Made by a program: the position numbers and the translations under genes. This document shows positions 21,978 to 34,768 of a stretch of 64,000 nt of DNA, in pieces. The stretch's first letter is position 1; every line of letters begins with the position of its first letter. This DNA comes from an uncultured candidatus Porisulfidus sp. (GTDB taxonomy: Bacteria > Pseudomonadota > Gammaproteobacteria > Poriferisulfidales > Poriferisulfidaceae), in contig OZ220480.1 in assembly GCA_965116025.1 (NCBI GenBank), forward strand, positions 288,001 to 352,000, in the 5' to 3' direction. The notes under the pieces were generated by a model. The model searched no databases and had not been told where the DNA came from. It was given only the letters and a program-made list of their open reading frames with translations.

Positions 21978-23815
21978 ACGTCCTCATCCCCAAGGGACAC
22001 CGACGACCTTTTCGTGACCGTCACCGTCCAACGCGTTCTCCAAGTTTGCCGCACCCGAGCCGATGCGCGGAACGTCAAGGCTACGTCTGGAATGAGATCG
22101 ACGTCAAACGTGCCTGAGCGGTTGGATATCGATTCGCCTTTGTCATCAAACACGGTGCACGAAAGGTATGTACTCGGTCTGGCCTCTGCATCTTCTAGGA
22201 CCTGCAAAACGGCTTTCACCCTGCAGCTAACTGGCTCAAGGCTGACCCCTTCCGCCAATGCGATAGTGAAATCAAGATAATCAACTACGGGCTCACCCTC
22301 AAGGTCTCGCCACCCCTCTTTGTGAACGGTGAACGCCCTTCGTGCCAACTCTGGACGAAGTGGAAGCCCTTTTTTTCTTTTTCGGAATATGGGCCCAAGT
22401 ATCTCATCAAGGAAACTCAGACTCTCGCTCTTCGTCCTACAAATTACTTCCTTTTGTCGCGTTTGAAAATCCCGAAAGGTATCTTTCACACGGCTATGCG
22501 CGAGGCGAACTAAATCAACCGCTTGATCACCCAATGATCTTTGAAGTCGAGAACTGTTACAGTTCCACTCGTCGTGCGCCTCAGGCTCGGACAGAGCGAA
22601 ACATTTTTCGGTATCCTCACCGACAACCTCAAACACGCCAACGGCATTCGGATCGCCTTCTCTAGCATAACTCGATTTGTACTGAATCACCAAACCACCG
22701 CGAATGAGAGCTACGGTATTGGCTAGTTCGTTATGCTTTGCTTCAATTTCGCGGAGTGCCTTCAAGCATAGATGTCCGATCTCTCCATGAGCCTGGAGCT
22801 CAACTTTCTTGCTCTCATAACCTTCAGGTTTTACACCCAGCCGAATGTTTGAGAAGCAATCAATGAACGGTTTGATATCTGATCTATAGCGTGGATTCGG
22901 GGACGGAAGTTTGGCATCACCATCGAAAAACTCTAAGTCAACGTAAGATTCCGAATGTTCATCGAACATCCGTGGCCACCAGAATTTTTCGCATGCCTCA
23001 CGACAATCATATGGGGACAAATCGCAATCCAATAACATCACCGTCAAGCCGGTATCATCCGATGGCCTTGTTTCCAATCCTACGCTCTCCGCAAGCTCAT
23101 GAGCACTGGCATCAACAAGCGGCCTTGCAGGATAATCATCCGTTCCCGACGAATTGCCGAAAAACGCATGCCCTGTGTAATCACGTTCATCCAAACAGTG
23201 GCTTGGCAAGAACGCCGTGGCCATGAATCTCGCGCTCGTACCATCCGTGGATTCGCTGGGATCGAAACAGGAATAATATGCCATCATACGAATTCTGGAT
23301 GACGCGGCATAAACCATTTTTCCAACTCCGTATGAGCCCAACAACCCCCCATCGTTTTCCAATTTGTGGGACTCATAGATGGAGAGAACCAAATTGTAAA
23401 ATTGGCTTTTCACGCCGTCTGAAGTTCGCCAATTTCCGCCTAGGCCGTTGGTATTGTGATCAGAGAGGAGTAGAACAGAAATTGGAATGTCTGGATCCTT
23501 CAAATTTCCAAGGCAAGTCTCTTTATATTTGAACCAGCCATGCGCCTCTGGAAATGATCTTGCGCGTTCCGAGATTTCTTCAAGTCTAAACTTGCCGACC
23601 AAGACGGATTTCTCGTCGCCGAGAAATTGCCTCCGTCTCACGGAGAAACGTACAGGCCCATCGGCATCTCTACACCGCTCGTCAGCCGAGTTTTGTATGG
23701 CTTCCCGCATGAGAAGCTCGACATCAGTCAAGCTTGTATGCGACAAAGGATTCGCCATTTTGTCAGCAGGAACCATCATCGCGGCCTGCGGCAAGAAATG
23801 CCACTTCGGATCCAT
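21974..23815 (-). CDS. GHKL-type (MORC/MutL-like) ATPase
   Basis: N-box REAIQNSAD, G1-like DHNTNGL, G2 GSYGVGK, later GLTV. ATG 23815 preceded by AGAGGA. Confidence 0.75.
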   Translation of the reverse strand: MDPKWHFLPQAAMMVPADKMANPLSHTSLTDVELLMREAIQNSADERCRDADGPVRFSVRRRQFLGDEKSVLVGKFRLEEISERARSFPEAHGWFKYKETCLGNLKDPDIPISVLLLSDHNTNGLGGNWRTSDGVKSQFYNLVLSIYESHKLENDGGLLGSYGVGKMVYAASSRIRMMAYYSCFDPSESTDGTSARFMATAFLPSHCLDERDYTGHAFFGNSSGTDDYPARPLVDASAHELAESVGLETRPSDDTGLTVMLLDCDLSPYDCREACEKFWWPRMFDEHSESYVDLEFFDGDAKLPSPNPRYRSDIKPFIDCFSNIRLGVKPEGYESKKVELQAHGEIGHLCLKALREIEAKHNELANTVALIRGGLVIQYKSSYAREGDPNAVGVFEVVGEDTEKCFALSEPEAHDEWNCNSSRLQRSLGDQAVDLVRLAHSRVKDTFRDFQTRQKEVICRTKSESLSFLDEILGPIFRKRKKGLPLRPELARRAFTVHKEGWRDLEGEPVVDYLDFTIALAEGVSLEPVSCRVKAVLQVLEDAEARPSTYLSCTVFDDKGESISNRSGTFDVDLIPDVALTFRASARVRQTWRTRWTVTVTKRSSVSLGDEDV

Positions 23816-23823
23816 CGCGTCCT

Positions 23824-24123
23824 CTATCCGCGGCCGTCCATGCATCCAATAGGGATAGAATCTCCGTGCTTGAGAATTGTCCGTATGTGCTGATTTATAG
23901 CGATGCAACAATTCTCAAAGGCTTCCGGCTCAGAATCGCCTGATACATGAACACCCTTGAGCTCAGAACAATAAGCATGGAAGGTGCCCTCGTCCGGTTC
24001 GATGATGACCCGTACCTTGATCTTCGACTCTGATTCAGAAGCTCTTTTAGATCTGGATGAACGCAAAATTTGTTCCCGCGATCCAAACCGGACCAATTTC
24101 GCGCAGAAAAAATAATACGCCAC
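23824..24123 (-). pseudogene. HicB-family antitoxin, probably 5'-damaged; no intact hicA
   Basis: KVRVIIEPDEGTFHAYCSELKGVHVSGDSEPEAFEN...GDSIP fits the HicB pattern; no ATG at the expected start. Confidence 0.65.
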
Positions 24124-24157
24124 CGCTTCAACTCCTAAAATATAATGACATTGTAAC

Positions 24158-24936
24158 CTAGCGATTCATATCCGAAGTCCTCGCCCAAGGCTCTCCGGGC
24201 AATTTATCGACAAGAGCGATAAACACATCGCGAAACATCTCTTCTGCGGATTCTTCCGCCAGCGCTTCCGCCTTCGCCGCTGGCAACAGAAGCCGTATAT
24301 TGAGCAGAAAGCGCGGGTTGTCGAGCTTAGCGAACATCCGCTCCTGCGCCTGCGCGCGCGTGATGGTTTGGCCAGTCAGGTCGAGATGGTGGCGAAGCAT
24401 CTTGACGATTCGCCTGGTCTCCAGTCCATCGAAAACCCTGAGCGCATGCGCGAGATCGAAAAGGTCGGGATCGACGCTTCGCCGGAGAACCACGGATTCT
24501 CAAACCTTGAACGGTAAAGTTATTGGCGCGTCGAAAGCTCGGGTCTCGCGCGTATTGATCTCGATCTTCAACCGGATCCACGCTCCGTTTCCATTTTCCG
24601 CCTCGACTCGAAAACGAAGCTTTGGCGCGGTCTGACTCTGGTCGAAACTAGCGATCCGAGCCATGGCTCCAGAACGACGCGTAATTGGTCGAGAATTAGA
24701 CCGATTGGACCGCCGGACACGCGAACGAGGTCAATATCTTCAGAGTAGCGCAGCGGCTCCGAAAAGTGCAGTTTGTTGAGCGCCGTGCCACCTCGCAAGC
24801 GTAGTGCCTCGCGTAGCGCATCATCCGAGAAAATATCCACGAGAGCGCGGCTGAGTATGAGATCCTGCTCGACTTGCCGCTGATCCACCCAAGGGACAAC
24901 ATTGCCCCAAGCGATGACGTTTTGCGCCGGAATCAC
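24158..24936 (-). pseudogene. AbiEii nucleotidyltransferase toxin, inactivated
   Basis: VEQDL, RGGTALNK, RYSEDID, KIEIN and DLFDL motifs spread across frames; frameshifts near 24652 and 24501 plus an apparent internal deletion near 24460. Confidence 0.88.
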
Positions 24937-25760
24937 CCGTCGACCTCCGGCGCTCGCCGCGCGATAACCCGCCAGCGCGTATCGCGCTCCTGTGGGTCGG
25001 GCGCGAAAAATAGTTTTCCGGCTTTCCGGCGGTCAAGTTCAGTCCAGCGGCGCTCTCCCCTCGTCCGTAGCGCGCTCAGCATTGAGTCCGTCAGATTCTT
25101 ATGGCCAAGACGATCCAACAGGTATCCGAGACGCTGGACGACTGGCCGCTCCACCGTGACGGACAAGGCAGCGAGCTGGTCAGCGTCGATCTTCGGGCCA
25201 AGATCGGAAAGCGCCGTGGCGACATTGTCGATCCCGGCGGACGCCTGCGGGTAGCGCAACAAATCAAGAGCGGTGAGCGCGGGCGAGGATATCTTCATCG
25301 CGCCGGTATCGGTCTTGCGATGCTCGATTCCCGCCCCGATAGATTCCATGTCTCTGCGAAAGTAAAAGACGACCATGCTTCGCCCGGCGCGGATCTTGGG
25401 AAGGCGCTTGGCCGAGACGGTCTGAAATTCCATTATGGCTTGATGAGTCGCCCCATGAAATTCCGCGGCTTTGAGAAGCCCGACATAGTACGCTTGACCC
25501 TCGTAGCGCATGAGCTCGTCGATGTACCAAGTCGGTGGTGGCGCGCCCCAAGACGAGAATTGCGGGGGAACGACGACATAGAAACCCTGTCGAGGAGCCA
25601 GCAAGACCCCGCCGCGCTGCAGCCGCTCCGCGGCATCCAAGAACGCGCCATGCCCGAGGCCCAGTTTTTCTTCGGCCTCCTCGGCGGTGAAAACCACGCG
25701 CCCTCTCGAGAGAAGGCTAATGGCATAGTTTGACAGAACCGAACGTTGACCATTAATCAT
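24933..25760 (-). CDS. Type IV TA AbiEi-family antitoxin
   Basis: N-terminal wHTH-like region, YYVGLLKAAEFHGATHQA, SSPALTALDL, QRLGYLLD; GTGA overlap with the toxin gene. Confidence 0.85.
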   Translation of the reverse strand: MINGQRSVLSNYAISLLSRGRVVFTAEEAEEKLGLGHGAFLDAAERLQRGGVLLAPRQGFYVVVPPQFSSWGAPPPTWYIDELMRYEGQAYYVGLLKAAEFHGATHQAIMEFQTVSAKRLPKIRAGRSMVVFYFRRDMESIGAGIEHRKTDTGAMKISSPALTALDLLRYPQASAGIDNVATALSDLGPKIDADQLAALSVTVERPVVQRLGYLLDRLGHKNLTDSMLSALRTRGERRWTELDRRKAGKLFFAPDPQERDTRWRVIARRAPEVDG

Positions 25761-25929
25761 GAATGCCTTCGCCTCATAAACGCGGAATCCCCGGCCAAAC
25801 CCCACGATGAGAAATAGATTCGTTAATAAGATATCCGCTATATGTTCGGATATATTAACATGATTTACAGGAAATCATGCGTAGTCATCGAAGCGATAAG
25901 GTGACAGGCGAAACTATTCGCCCCCCTGA

Positions 25930-27960
<2,031 letters not shown>

Positions 27961-27962
27961 GC

Positions 27963-30230
27963 ATGTCCCAAACCTCGCTGTTCGAATCCCGGGAAGCCAA
28001 CCCCAGCGCCCGGCCACTCGCCACGTTCGTGGAGGACGCCTACCTCAACTACTCCATGTACGTCATACTCGACCGCGCTCTCCCGCACTTGGCCGACGGC
28101 CTGAAGCCGGTGCAGCGGCGCATCGTGTACGCCATGTCAGAGCTCGGCTTGAAAGCCACGAGCAAACCCAAGAAGTCCGCGCGCGCCATCGGCGACGTCA
28201 TCGGGAAATACCACCCCCACGGCGACCAAGCCTGCTACGAGGCCATGGTCCTGATGGCTCAGGATTTCGCGTACCGCTATCCCTTAGTCGCGGGCCAAGG
28301 CAATTGGGGCTCGGCCGACGACCCGAAGTCCTTCGCCGCCATGCGCTACACGGAGGCGCGCCTGACCCCCTACGCGCAAGCCTTGCTGGCGGAACTGGAC
28401 CAAGCCACCGTCGATTGGCAGCCCAACTTCGACGGCGCTCTGGAAGAGCCACGGCTTCTGCCCGCGCGCCTGCCCAACGTGCTGCTCAACGGCACGACCG
28501 GCATCGCGGTCGGCCTGTCCACCGACATCCCGCCGCACAATCTGCGCGAGGTCGTCAACGCGTGCGTCAAACTTTTGGAAAGCCCCCGGTCCTCCGTGGC
28601 CGAACTGTGCGAGCACGTGAAAGGGCCGGACTACCCGACCGGAGGCGAGATCCTCTCCTCGCCGGAAGAACTGCGCCAGATCTACGAGACCGGAACCGGG
28701 ACCATCCGCGTCCGAGCTAGCATCGTCGACGAGAAAGAGGGGCTGGTCGTCACCGCGTTGCCTTACCAAGTTTCCGGCTCGCGCGTCATGACGCAGATCG
28801 CGCAGCAGATGCGCGAGAAAAAACTGCCCATGGTCGAGGACCTGCGCGACGAATCCGACCATGAGACCCCGACGCGGCTGGTGATCGTCCCCCGAAACAA
28901 ACGAGTGGACCGAGAGGCGCTTCTGCTGCACCTGTTCGCCACCACCGACCTGGAGAGGTCGGCGCGAGTCAACCTCAACGTCATCGACTTGGACCGCCGC
29001 CCGAAGATCATGGACCTGCGCTCCCTGCTGCGATCTTGGCTGGAGTTTCGCAAGAACGCCGTCACCCGCCGGCTGAACCACCGACTGGAGGCGGTCAACA
29101 GGCGATTGCATCTACTGGAGGGCCTGCTCGTCGCGCACGCCAACTTGGACGAGGTCATCCGCATCATCCGAAACGAGGACGAGCCTAAGCCCGTATTGAT
29201 GAGAACGTTTCTCCTGAGCCAGGAGCAGGCCGAGGCGATTCTGGAGATCCGCCTGCGGCAGCTGGCGAAGCTGGAGCGCGAGAAGCTGGAGCGCGAGCGA
29301 CGGGACCTCGTCGCCGAGAAAGAGAGGATCGAGAAAACCCTCGCCTCTCCCGCCCGCCTGAAAACCTTGATCAAGAAAGAGTTGCGGGAAGATGCCGAGC
29401 GCTACGGCGATGATCGGCGTAGCTGGATCGTGTCGGACGCTCCGCAGGCGCGGGCGATGGACCTGTCGAAACTCGCTCCCGCGGAGTCCGTGACCGTGGT
29501 CCTGTCCCGAAGCGGGCTCGCGCGCTCCGCCAAAGGCCACGAGATCGATCCCTCCACGCTATCCTATAAGACCGACGACGCTCTGCAGGCCAGCGCGCGC
29601 GCGCGGAGCAACCAAACCGCGCGGTTCCTCGACAGCCACGGGCGAGTGTACGCCATGCCGGTGGCTCGGCTGCCTTCCGCGCGTAATTTCGGCGAACCTC
29701 TGACGCGGCATTTCACTCCCCCGTCTGGAGCGCGATTCATCGGAGTGATGACCAACGAGCCGGATTTTCACTGGCTGCTGGGCACCAGCTTCGGCTACGG
29801 ATTTCTCATCCCCAATGATCGTCTCGAGACCCGAAGCAAGTCTGGACGCGCCACCCTGACCGTGCCGGACGGAGCCATCGCGTTGCAGCCCCACCCCGTG
29901 CCGGATCCGAATCGGACCTACGTTGTGGCCGCGACCAGCGCCGGAAACCTGCTGATGGTCAAGGCGTCGGAATTGCCGGTTCTCGGCCGGGGACGCGGCA
30001 ACAAAGTTATCCAAATCGCCGGAACTCAAATAAAAGACCCCAAGGGCGAGCGAGTCACGATGCTGGCCACCTTGACGGAAAAGCAGGCCCTGGTCCTGTT
30101 CACCCGAGCGGCCCACCGAGTCATGCACTTCAAGGACCTTCTCGAGCACCAGGGATCGCGAGGCGGGCGTGGAGTCAAGCTGTCTAAGAGCTGGCTGAAC
30201 TTCCAGCGCTTCGAGGTTCGGGACTTATAA
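27963..30230 (+). CDS. parC: DNA topoisomerase IV subunit A
   Basis: [33 protein letters not shown]. Confidence 0.97.
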   Translation: MSQTSLFESREANPSARPLATFVEDAYLNYSMYVILDRALPHLADGLKPVQRRIVYAMSELGLKATSKPKKSARAIGDVIGKYHPHGDQACYEAMVLMAQDFAYRYPLVAGQGNWGSADDPKSFAAMRYTEARLTPYAQALLAELDQATVDWQPNFDGALEEPRLLPARLPNVLLNGTTGIAVGLSTDIPPHNLREVVNACVKLLESPRSSVAELCEHVKGPDYPTGGEILSSPEELRQIYETGTGTIRVRASIVDEKEGLVVTALPYQVSGSRVMTQIAQQMREKKLPMVEDLRDESDHETPTRLVIVPRNKRVDREALLLHLFATTDLERSARVNLNVIDLDRRPKIMDLRSLLRSWLEFRKNAVTRRLNHRLEAVNRRLHLLEGLLVAHANLDEVIRIIRNEDEPKPVLMRTFLLSQEQAEAILEIRLRQLAKLEREKLERERRDLVAEKERIEKTLASPARLKTLIKKELREDAERYGDDRRSWIVSDAPQARAMDLSKLAPAESVTVVLSRSGLARSAKGHEIDPSTLSYKTDDALQASARARSNQTARFLDSHGRVYAMPVARLPSARNFGEPLTRHFTPPSGARFIGVMTNEPDFHWLLGTSFGYGFLIPNDRLETRSKSGRATLTVPDGAIALQPHPVPDPNRTYVVAATSAGNLLMVKASELPVLGRGRGNKVIQIAGTQIKDPKGERVTMLATLTEKQALVLFTRAAHRVMHFKDLLEHQGSRGGRGVKLSKSWLNFQRFEVRDL

Positions 30231-30239
30231 TCCGGGGTC

Positions 30240-31133
30240 ATGAGAATTCTTCTATTCCTCGGCGTCAACTTCACCATCCTCCTGGTCCTCGGCATCGTCT
30301 TCTCGATGCTGGGCATCGACGGACTGCTCGACGCCCAGGGCGTTCATCTGGACTTGACGGCGTTGCTGGTCTATTCCCTCGTCATCGGCTTCACGGGCTC
30401 TTTCCTGTCACTCGCCCTATCGAAATGGATCGCCAAGCGAACCATGCGGGTGCGCGTCATTGAGCGACCCGCGAACGGAACGGAGCGATGGCTCGTGGAC
30501 ACGGCGCGCCGGCAAGCGGAAGTCTGCCATATAAAGTCTCCCGAGATCGGGATATTCGAATCCTCGCAACCGAACGCGTTCGCCACCGGAATGAGCAAGA
30601 ATAACGCCTTGGTCGCGGTCAGCGCCGGATTGCTCAAGCAGATGAGCCAAGACGAGGTGGAGGCCGTGTTGGGCCACGAGATGGCCCACGTCGCTAACGG
30701 CGACATGGTGACCATGGCTCTGCTGCAGGGCGTGCTGAACACCTTCGTCGTGTTCTTGTCCCGGGTTATCGGGTTTCTGGTGGACCGATTCGTGTTTCGG
30801 GTGCAGCGCGGATTCGGGCCCGGCTACTACATCGTCTCGATCATCGCGCAGATCTTGCTGTCGGTTCTAGCCACCGTCGTCGTCATGTGGTTCTCCCGGA
30901 GGCGAGAGTTTCGCGCGGACGCGGGCGGGGCCTATCTGGCCGGTCGCGACAAGATGATCTCCGCGCTGCAGCGCCTGCGCGAGGTCAGCCAGCCCCGAGA
31001 CCTTCCAGAAACGATGGCGGCTTTCGGCATCTCCGGGACCCGAGCGACCTCAAGCCTGCGTAGACTTTTCCTTTCGCACCCGCCCTTGGAAGACCGGATT
31101 CGCGCGCTACAGAATAATGAGGTCCAGCCCTGA
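30240..31133 (+). CDS. htpX: Membrane zinc protease HtpX
   Basis: PNAFATG, HEMAHVANGDMVT, SRRREFRAD, SHPPLEDRI. Confidence 0.96.
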   Translation: MRILLFLGVNFTILLVLGIVFSMLGIDGLLDAQGVHLDLTALLVYSLVIGFTGSFLSLALSKWIAKRTMRVRVIERPANGTERWLVDTARRQAEVCHIKSPEIGIFESSQPNAFATGMSKNNALVAVSAGLLKQMSQDEVEAVLGHEMAHVANGDMVTMALLQGVLNTFVVFLSRVIGFLVDRFVFRVQRGFGPGYYIVSIIAQILLSVLATVVVMWFSRRREFRADAGGAYLAGRDKMISALQRLREVSQPRDLPETMAAFGISGTRATSSLRRLFLSHPPLEDRIRALQNNEVQP

Positions 31134-31139
31134 TTCGCC

Positions 31140-31274
31140 ATGAATCGAGCGGCTAACATCAACCACTCAATTCTGGTCTGGGCGCGAGAGACGGCGGGGC
31201 TTTCACCGAAAGACGCGGCCCATAAAATCGGCCTAATATCGTCACCCCGCAAAAGCGCGAATGCCTACCCCTGA
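31140..31274 (+). pseudogene. Truncated XRE-type HTH regulator fragment (44 aa)
   Basis: MNRAANINHSILVWARETAGLSPKDAAHKIG resembles the N-terminus of XRE/ImmA(IrrE) proteins, then stops. Confidence 0.6.
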
Positions 31275-31283
31275 TGAGATTCC

Positions 31284-32180
31284 GTGGCTGATGCCGGGAT
31301 AGAGCCGAACATGCTGACGTTCAACGCGATCGACGTGGAGACCGCCAACGCGGACCGAGCCAGCATCTGCCAAATCGGCATCGTGCATGTCCACGACGGC
31401 AAGATTGAGGATGAATGGCAGACCCTGGTGAATCCGGAAGCCCGGTTTGATCCGATGAACGTCTCCGTCCACGGGATCCGCCCCAACAATGTGGCGCGCA
31501 GTCCCAAGCTTCCCCAGATCCGCGACGAGCTACGCGACCGATTGCGGGGATCCGTGCTGGTAAGCCACACCGCGTTTGATCGCGTCGCATTCGAGCGCGC
31601 CACCGAGAGATATGGCCTAGAACAACTCCGGGTCACATGGCTTGACAGCGCCCAAGTCGTCCGACGAGCTTGGCCAGAAAATTACGGGTGCAGAGGATAT
31701 GGGCTCAAAAATGTTGCTGAAGATCTTGATATTTCATTCAAGCATCACGACGCGCTTGAAGATGCCAGAGCGGCCGCGCAGATCATGTTGCGCGCATGCG
31801 CTCACGCGGAAGCGGATATCGAGGAATGGTTGCGTCGGGTTGACCGCCCGGTCTTTCCCAGAGCTCCATCTTCACCGAACCGGGTTTCGGTGAAGCGGAA
31901 AGGCGACACGGAAGGAGCGCTGTTCGGAGAAGCCGTCCTGTTCACGGGAAAGCTCACTATTCCGCGCCAGCAAGCGGCCAACATGGCCGCGGAAGCCGGA
32001 TGCGAGGTCGTTGGTCAAGCCAGCCAGAAAGTGACCATGCTGGTCGTGGGCATCCAAAGCGAGGGCATGCTGAAAGGCTACGAGAAAAGCAGAAAACATC
32101 GGGAAGTGGAGGCGTTGATCGAAAAAGGGTTGGATATCCAGATTCTTTCGGAAAGAGACTTTCTCGACCTCATCGCCTGA
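31284..32180 (+). CDS. DEDDh 3'-5' exonuclease (DnaQ-like) with C-terminal BRCT domain
   Basis: AIDVETAN, HTAFD, HHDALEDA; C-terminal VLFTGKL...MLVVG...ILSERDF BRCT pattern. Confidence 0.88.
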   Translation: MADAGIEPNMLTFNAIDVETANADRASICQIGIVHVHDGKIEDEWQTLVNPEARFDPMNVSVHGIRPNNVARSPKLPQIRDELRDRLRGSVLVSHTAFDRVAFERATERYGLEQLRVTWLDSAQVVRRAWPENYGCRGYGLKNVAEDLDISFKHHDALEDARAAAQIMLRACAHAEADIEEWLRRVDRPVFPRAPSSPNRVSVKRKGDTEGALFGEAVLFTGKLTIPRQQAANMAAEAGCEVVGQASQKVTMLVVGIQSEGMLKGYEKSRKHREVEALIEKGLDIQILSERDFLDLIA

Positions 32181-32221
32181 TCGATCCAATATCCCGGATC
32201 GGGCTTCACCCGTCGTCACCA

Positions 32222-33130
32222 TCATCGCAACAGAGCTTCGAGCGCTCGCCGTTGCTCCAAATGCTTTCCCGAATTATCGCTTTTCAACCGTCGCAGATTG
32301 AGCGACTTCCATTGGACGGCGGGCAGGAGAGCCGCCTGCGGAAATCCGATCAATTCAAAGTCGGGCTCGGCATCGTGCAGCGAAAGCAGGAAAACCGCGA
32401 TATCGCCCGTGAGACGATCCTTGATGTCCGCATGCAAACGCGCGCGGGTTTCAGTGAGCTTTCTTCTCGTCACCTTCTCGCGCATCATTCCGGTGAGCTC
32501 ATCGCTATACAGAGCGTCATCGAATTTCGCGTTCGGCGCCAGCAACTCATGTATCGGCCGGCTGGAGCTCGCCACATATACCATGAACGTGCGAAACAAC
32601 GCGTCCGTGACTCCTTCGTTCTTGTAAAGATGCATGATATCGAAGAGGTCGCGCGGGTGCTGACGGTCGAGTGTCGCGTACATCTTGCCCGCATAGAGAT
32701 CCTCGAAGGCGAGGACGTTCATCTCGACGAATCCGAAACGATCCATCACCGCGTCGGACACATCCATAGCAACCGGTGGATGCAATGCCCCGCGCGCTAC
32801 CGGGAATGTCTCGACCTTGATCCGCGAGCGTTCGTCCCGAACGATCATCCGCGTGTCGATGTCGCCTCGACCGACAACGCGTTCCGCTCTCTCGGTCGGG
32901 TCGCGCTCGGTAATAGCGAACGCGATCCGGTCAAGAGTCTCATCGATATCCCGGAGTGATTTCTGGCGGTCCTCCACCGGCAGGTATGTGAGATCTATAT
33001 CGGCGGAGAATCGGGGCATGTAGAAGAGATTGATCGCGGTGCCGCCCTTGAGCGCGAAAACCTCCTCCTTGGCGATATGCGGCAAGACGCTCAGCAACAA
33101 CCGAACTTGCGCAACGTAACGCTCATGCAT
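32222..33130 (-). CDS. AbiEii nucleotidyltransferase toxin (second copy)
   Basis: FALKGGTAINLF, DIDL, AGKMYATLDRQHPRDLFD; start overlaps the antitoxin stop (ATGCATGA). Confidence 0.88.
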   Translation of the reverse strand: MHERYVAQVRLLLSVLPHIAKEEVFALKGGTAINLFYMPRFSADIDLTYLPVEDRQKSLRDIDETLDRIAFAITERDPTERAERVVGRGDIDTRMIVRDERSRIKVETFPVARGALHPPVAMDVSDAVMDRFGFVEMNVLAFEDLYAGKMYATLDRQHPRDLFDIMHLYKNEGVTDALFRTFMVYVASSSRPIHELLAPNAKFDDALYSDELTGMMREKVTRRKLTETRARLHADIKDRLTGDIAVFLLSLHDAEPDFELIGFPQAALLPAVQWKSLNLRRLKSDNSGKHLEQRRALEALLR

Positions 33131-33721
33131 CAAAATCCACCTCGGCCTCGCCCTTTGGCACCATATCCCTCGGCACGTAAATCCGATACACGGGATGAAG
33201 CTTTCCACCGACCACGAGGGCGCGCGGGCCCGCTCCCAAATCAATGCGCGAAACGTCAAGACGCTTGCGCCACCGATGCCTGTGCTTGTCCGCGAAAACG
33301 AAGAACAGCCGGCGCACTTTCACGCTTCTGCACAGCGTGAGCAATTCCATAAGCCTCTCCGGCCGCAACATCGTTAGCCCCTCGAAAATCTTGTCTAGGT
33401 TGTCGAAGCTTGATCGCTTCGGAAGCTCGTCGAGCGCCTCGAGGATCGCCCGTTCTGGAGAGGAGGCCCGGACCGGCCACCGCCACACGCTCACCGTCCG
33501 GCCAACCTCACCGACATCACGGTCAGCGTCTTCTATTCCAGTCCGATCACCACCGAAGAGTCCACTCCGATGCAGAATAATCGTGTCCCGTGTTGGCAAC
33601 CTCTTCATCCATGGCGGAACATCGCCATAAATGATGGGATGGTTCGCCCCGCTTCCCTGCTTGGCCTTGAGCGGGCACAATGAGAGTACAACCAACCCAT
33701 CGCGAAAGCGGGACGACCCTT

Positions 33722-34768
33722 ATGAAGCAGACTCCATATCAACTCGCCATCGCCCATCTGGGCGTGGACCTGGGCAAGCGGGCGTTTCACGCTTGCGGGA
33801 TGACGCGCGCCGGCAAGATCGTTCTGGAGAGGCGCTTCACGCGGGCTCAGCTGGAACGCTTCGCGGAGGAGCTGCCGCCATGCCGGGTCGGGCTGGAGGC
33901 CTGCGGCGGCGCGCATCACTGGGCGCGGCTGTTCCGGCGTCATGGGCATGACGCGCGGCTGATGGCGCCGTCCTTCGTGAAGCCGTTCGTGAAGTCGAAC
34001 AAGAACGACGCGCGCGACGCGGAGGCGATCCGCGAGGCGCGGAGCCGTCCGAGCATGCGCTTCGTGCCGGCGCGGACGGAAGCCGAGCAAGCGATCCAGC
34101 AATGCCATCGGACGCGGGCGCGGCTGGTGCGGAGCCGCACCCGGCTGGTCAATCAGTCGCGCGCGTTCCTGCAGGAGTACGGGATCGTCATGCCGAAAGG
34201 GATCGGGGTCTTTCGCGCGCGGCTGCCGGAGATCCTGGAGGACGGCGAGAACGGCTTGCTTCCGGAAGTCCGCGAGGCGCTGGCGGAAGGTTACGAGGAG
34301 GTGCGGGAGCTGGACCGGCGGGAGGGGCGTTGCCGGGCGCGGATCCAGGCGCATGCCGAGGCCGACCCGGGCTGTCGGCGGCTGATGACGATCCCGGGCA
34401 TAGGCGCGCTGTCGGCCAGCGCCCTGGTCGCGAAGCTGGGCGACGGCAGCGAGTTCCGCGACGGGCGGGAGGCGGCCGCCTACCTCGGCCTGGTTCCGAA
34501 GCGGTATTCCACCGGCGGAAAGCCGAGGCTCGGAGGGATCAGCAAGCGGGGGGACCGCGCCTTGCGCGGCCTGCTGATCTTGGGCGCGAAAGCGGTGTCG
34601 CGGGTCTCCGACTAGCGCGAGGACGCGCTCGGCAACTGGCTTCGCGGCCTGCGCGAGCGCCACCACGACAACGTGGCGGCGGTCGCGTTGGCGAACAAGA
34701 ACGTCCGCATCGCCTGGGCGCTGCTCCGGCGCGGCGGAACCTATCGGGAGGAAGCCCGCATGGCGTGA
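33722..34768 (+). pseudogene. IS110 DEDD transposase/recombinase with one nonsense codon
   Basis: GVDLGK, LEACG, KNDARDA, TIPGIG, STGGK..LGGISKRGD. TAG at 34613-15 is followed in frame by ...AVALANKNVRIAWALL to TGA 34768. Confidence 0.92.

Noticed and set aside
17120-25900. Prophage or integrative element explaining the lower-GC island
   Set aside because: No integrase, tRNA, flanking direct repeats or phage structural genes were seen.
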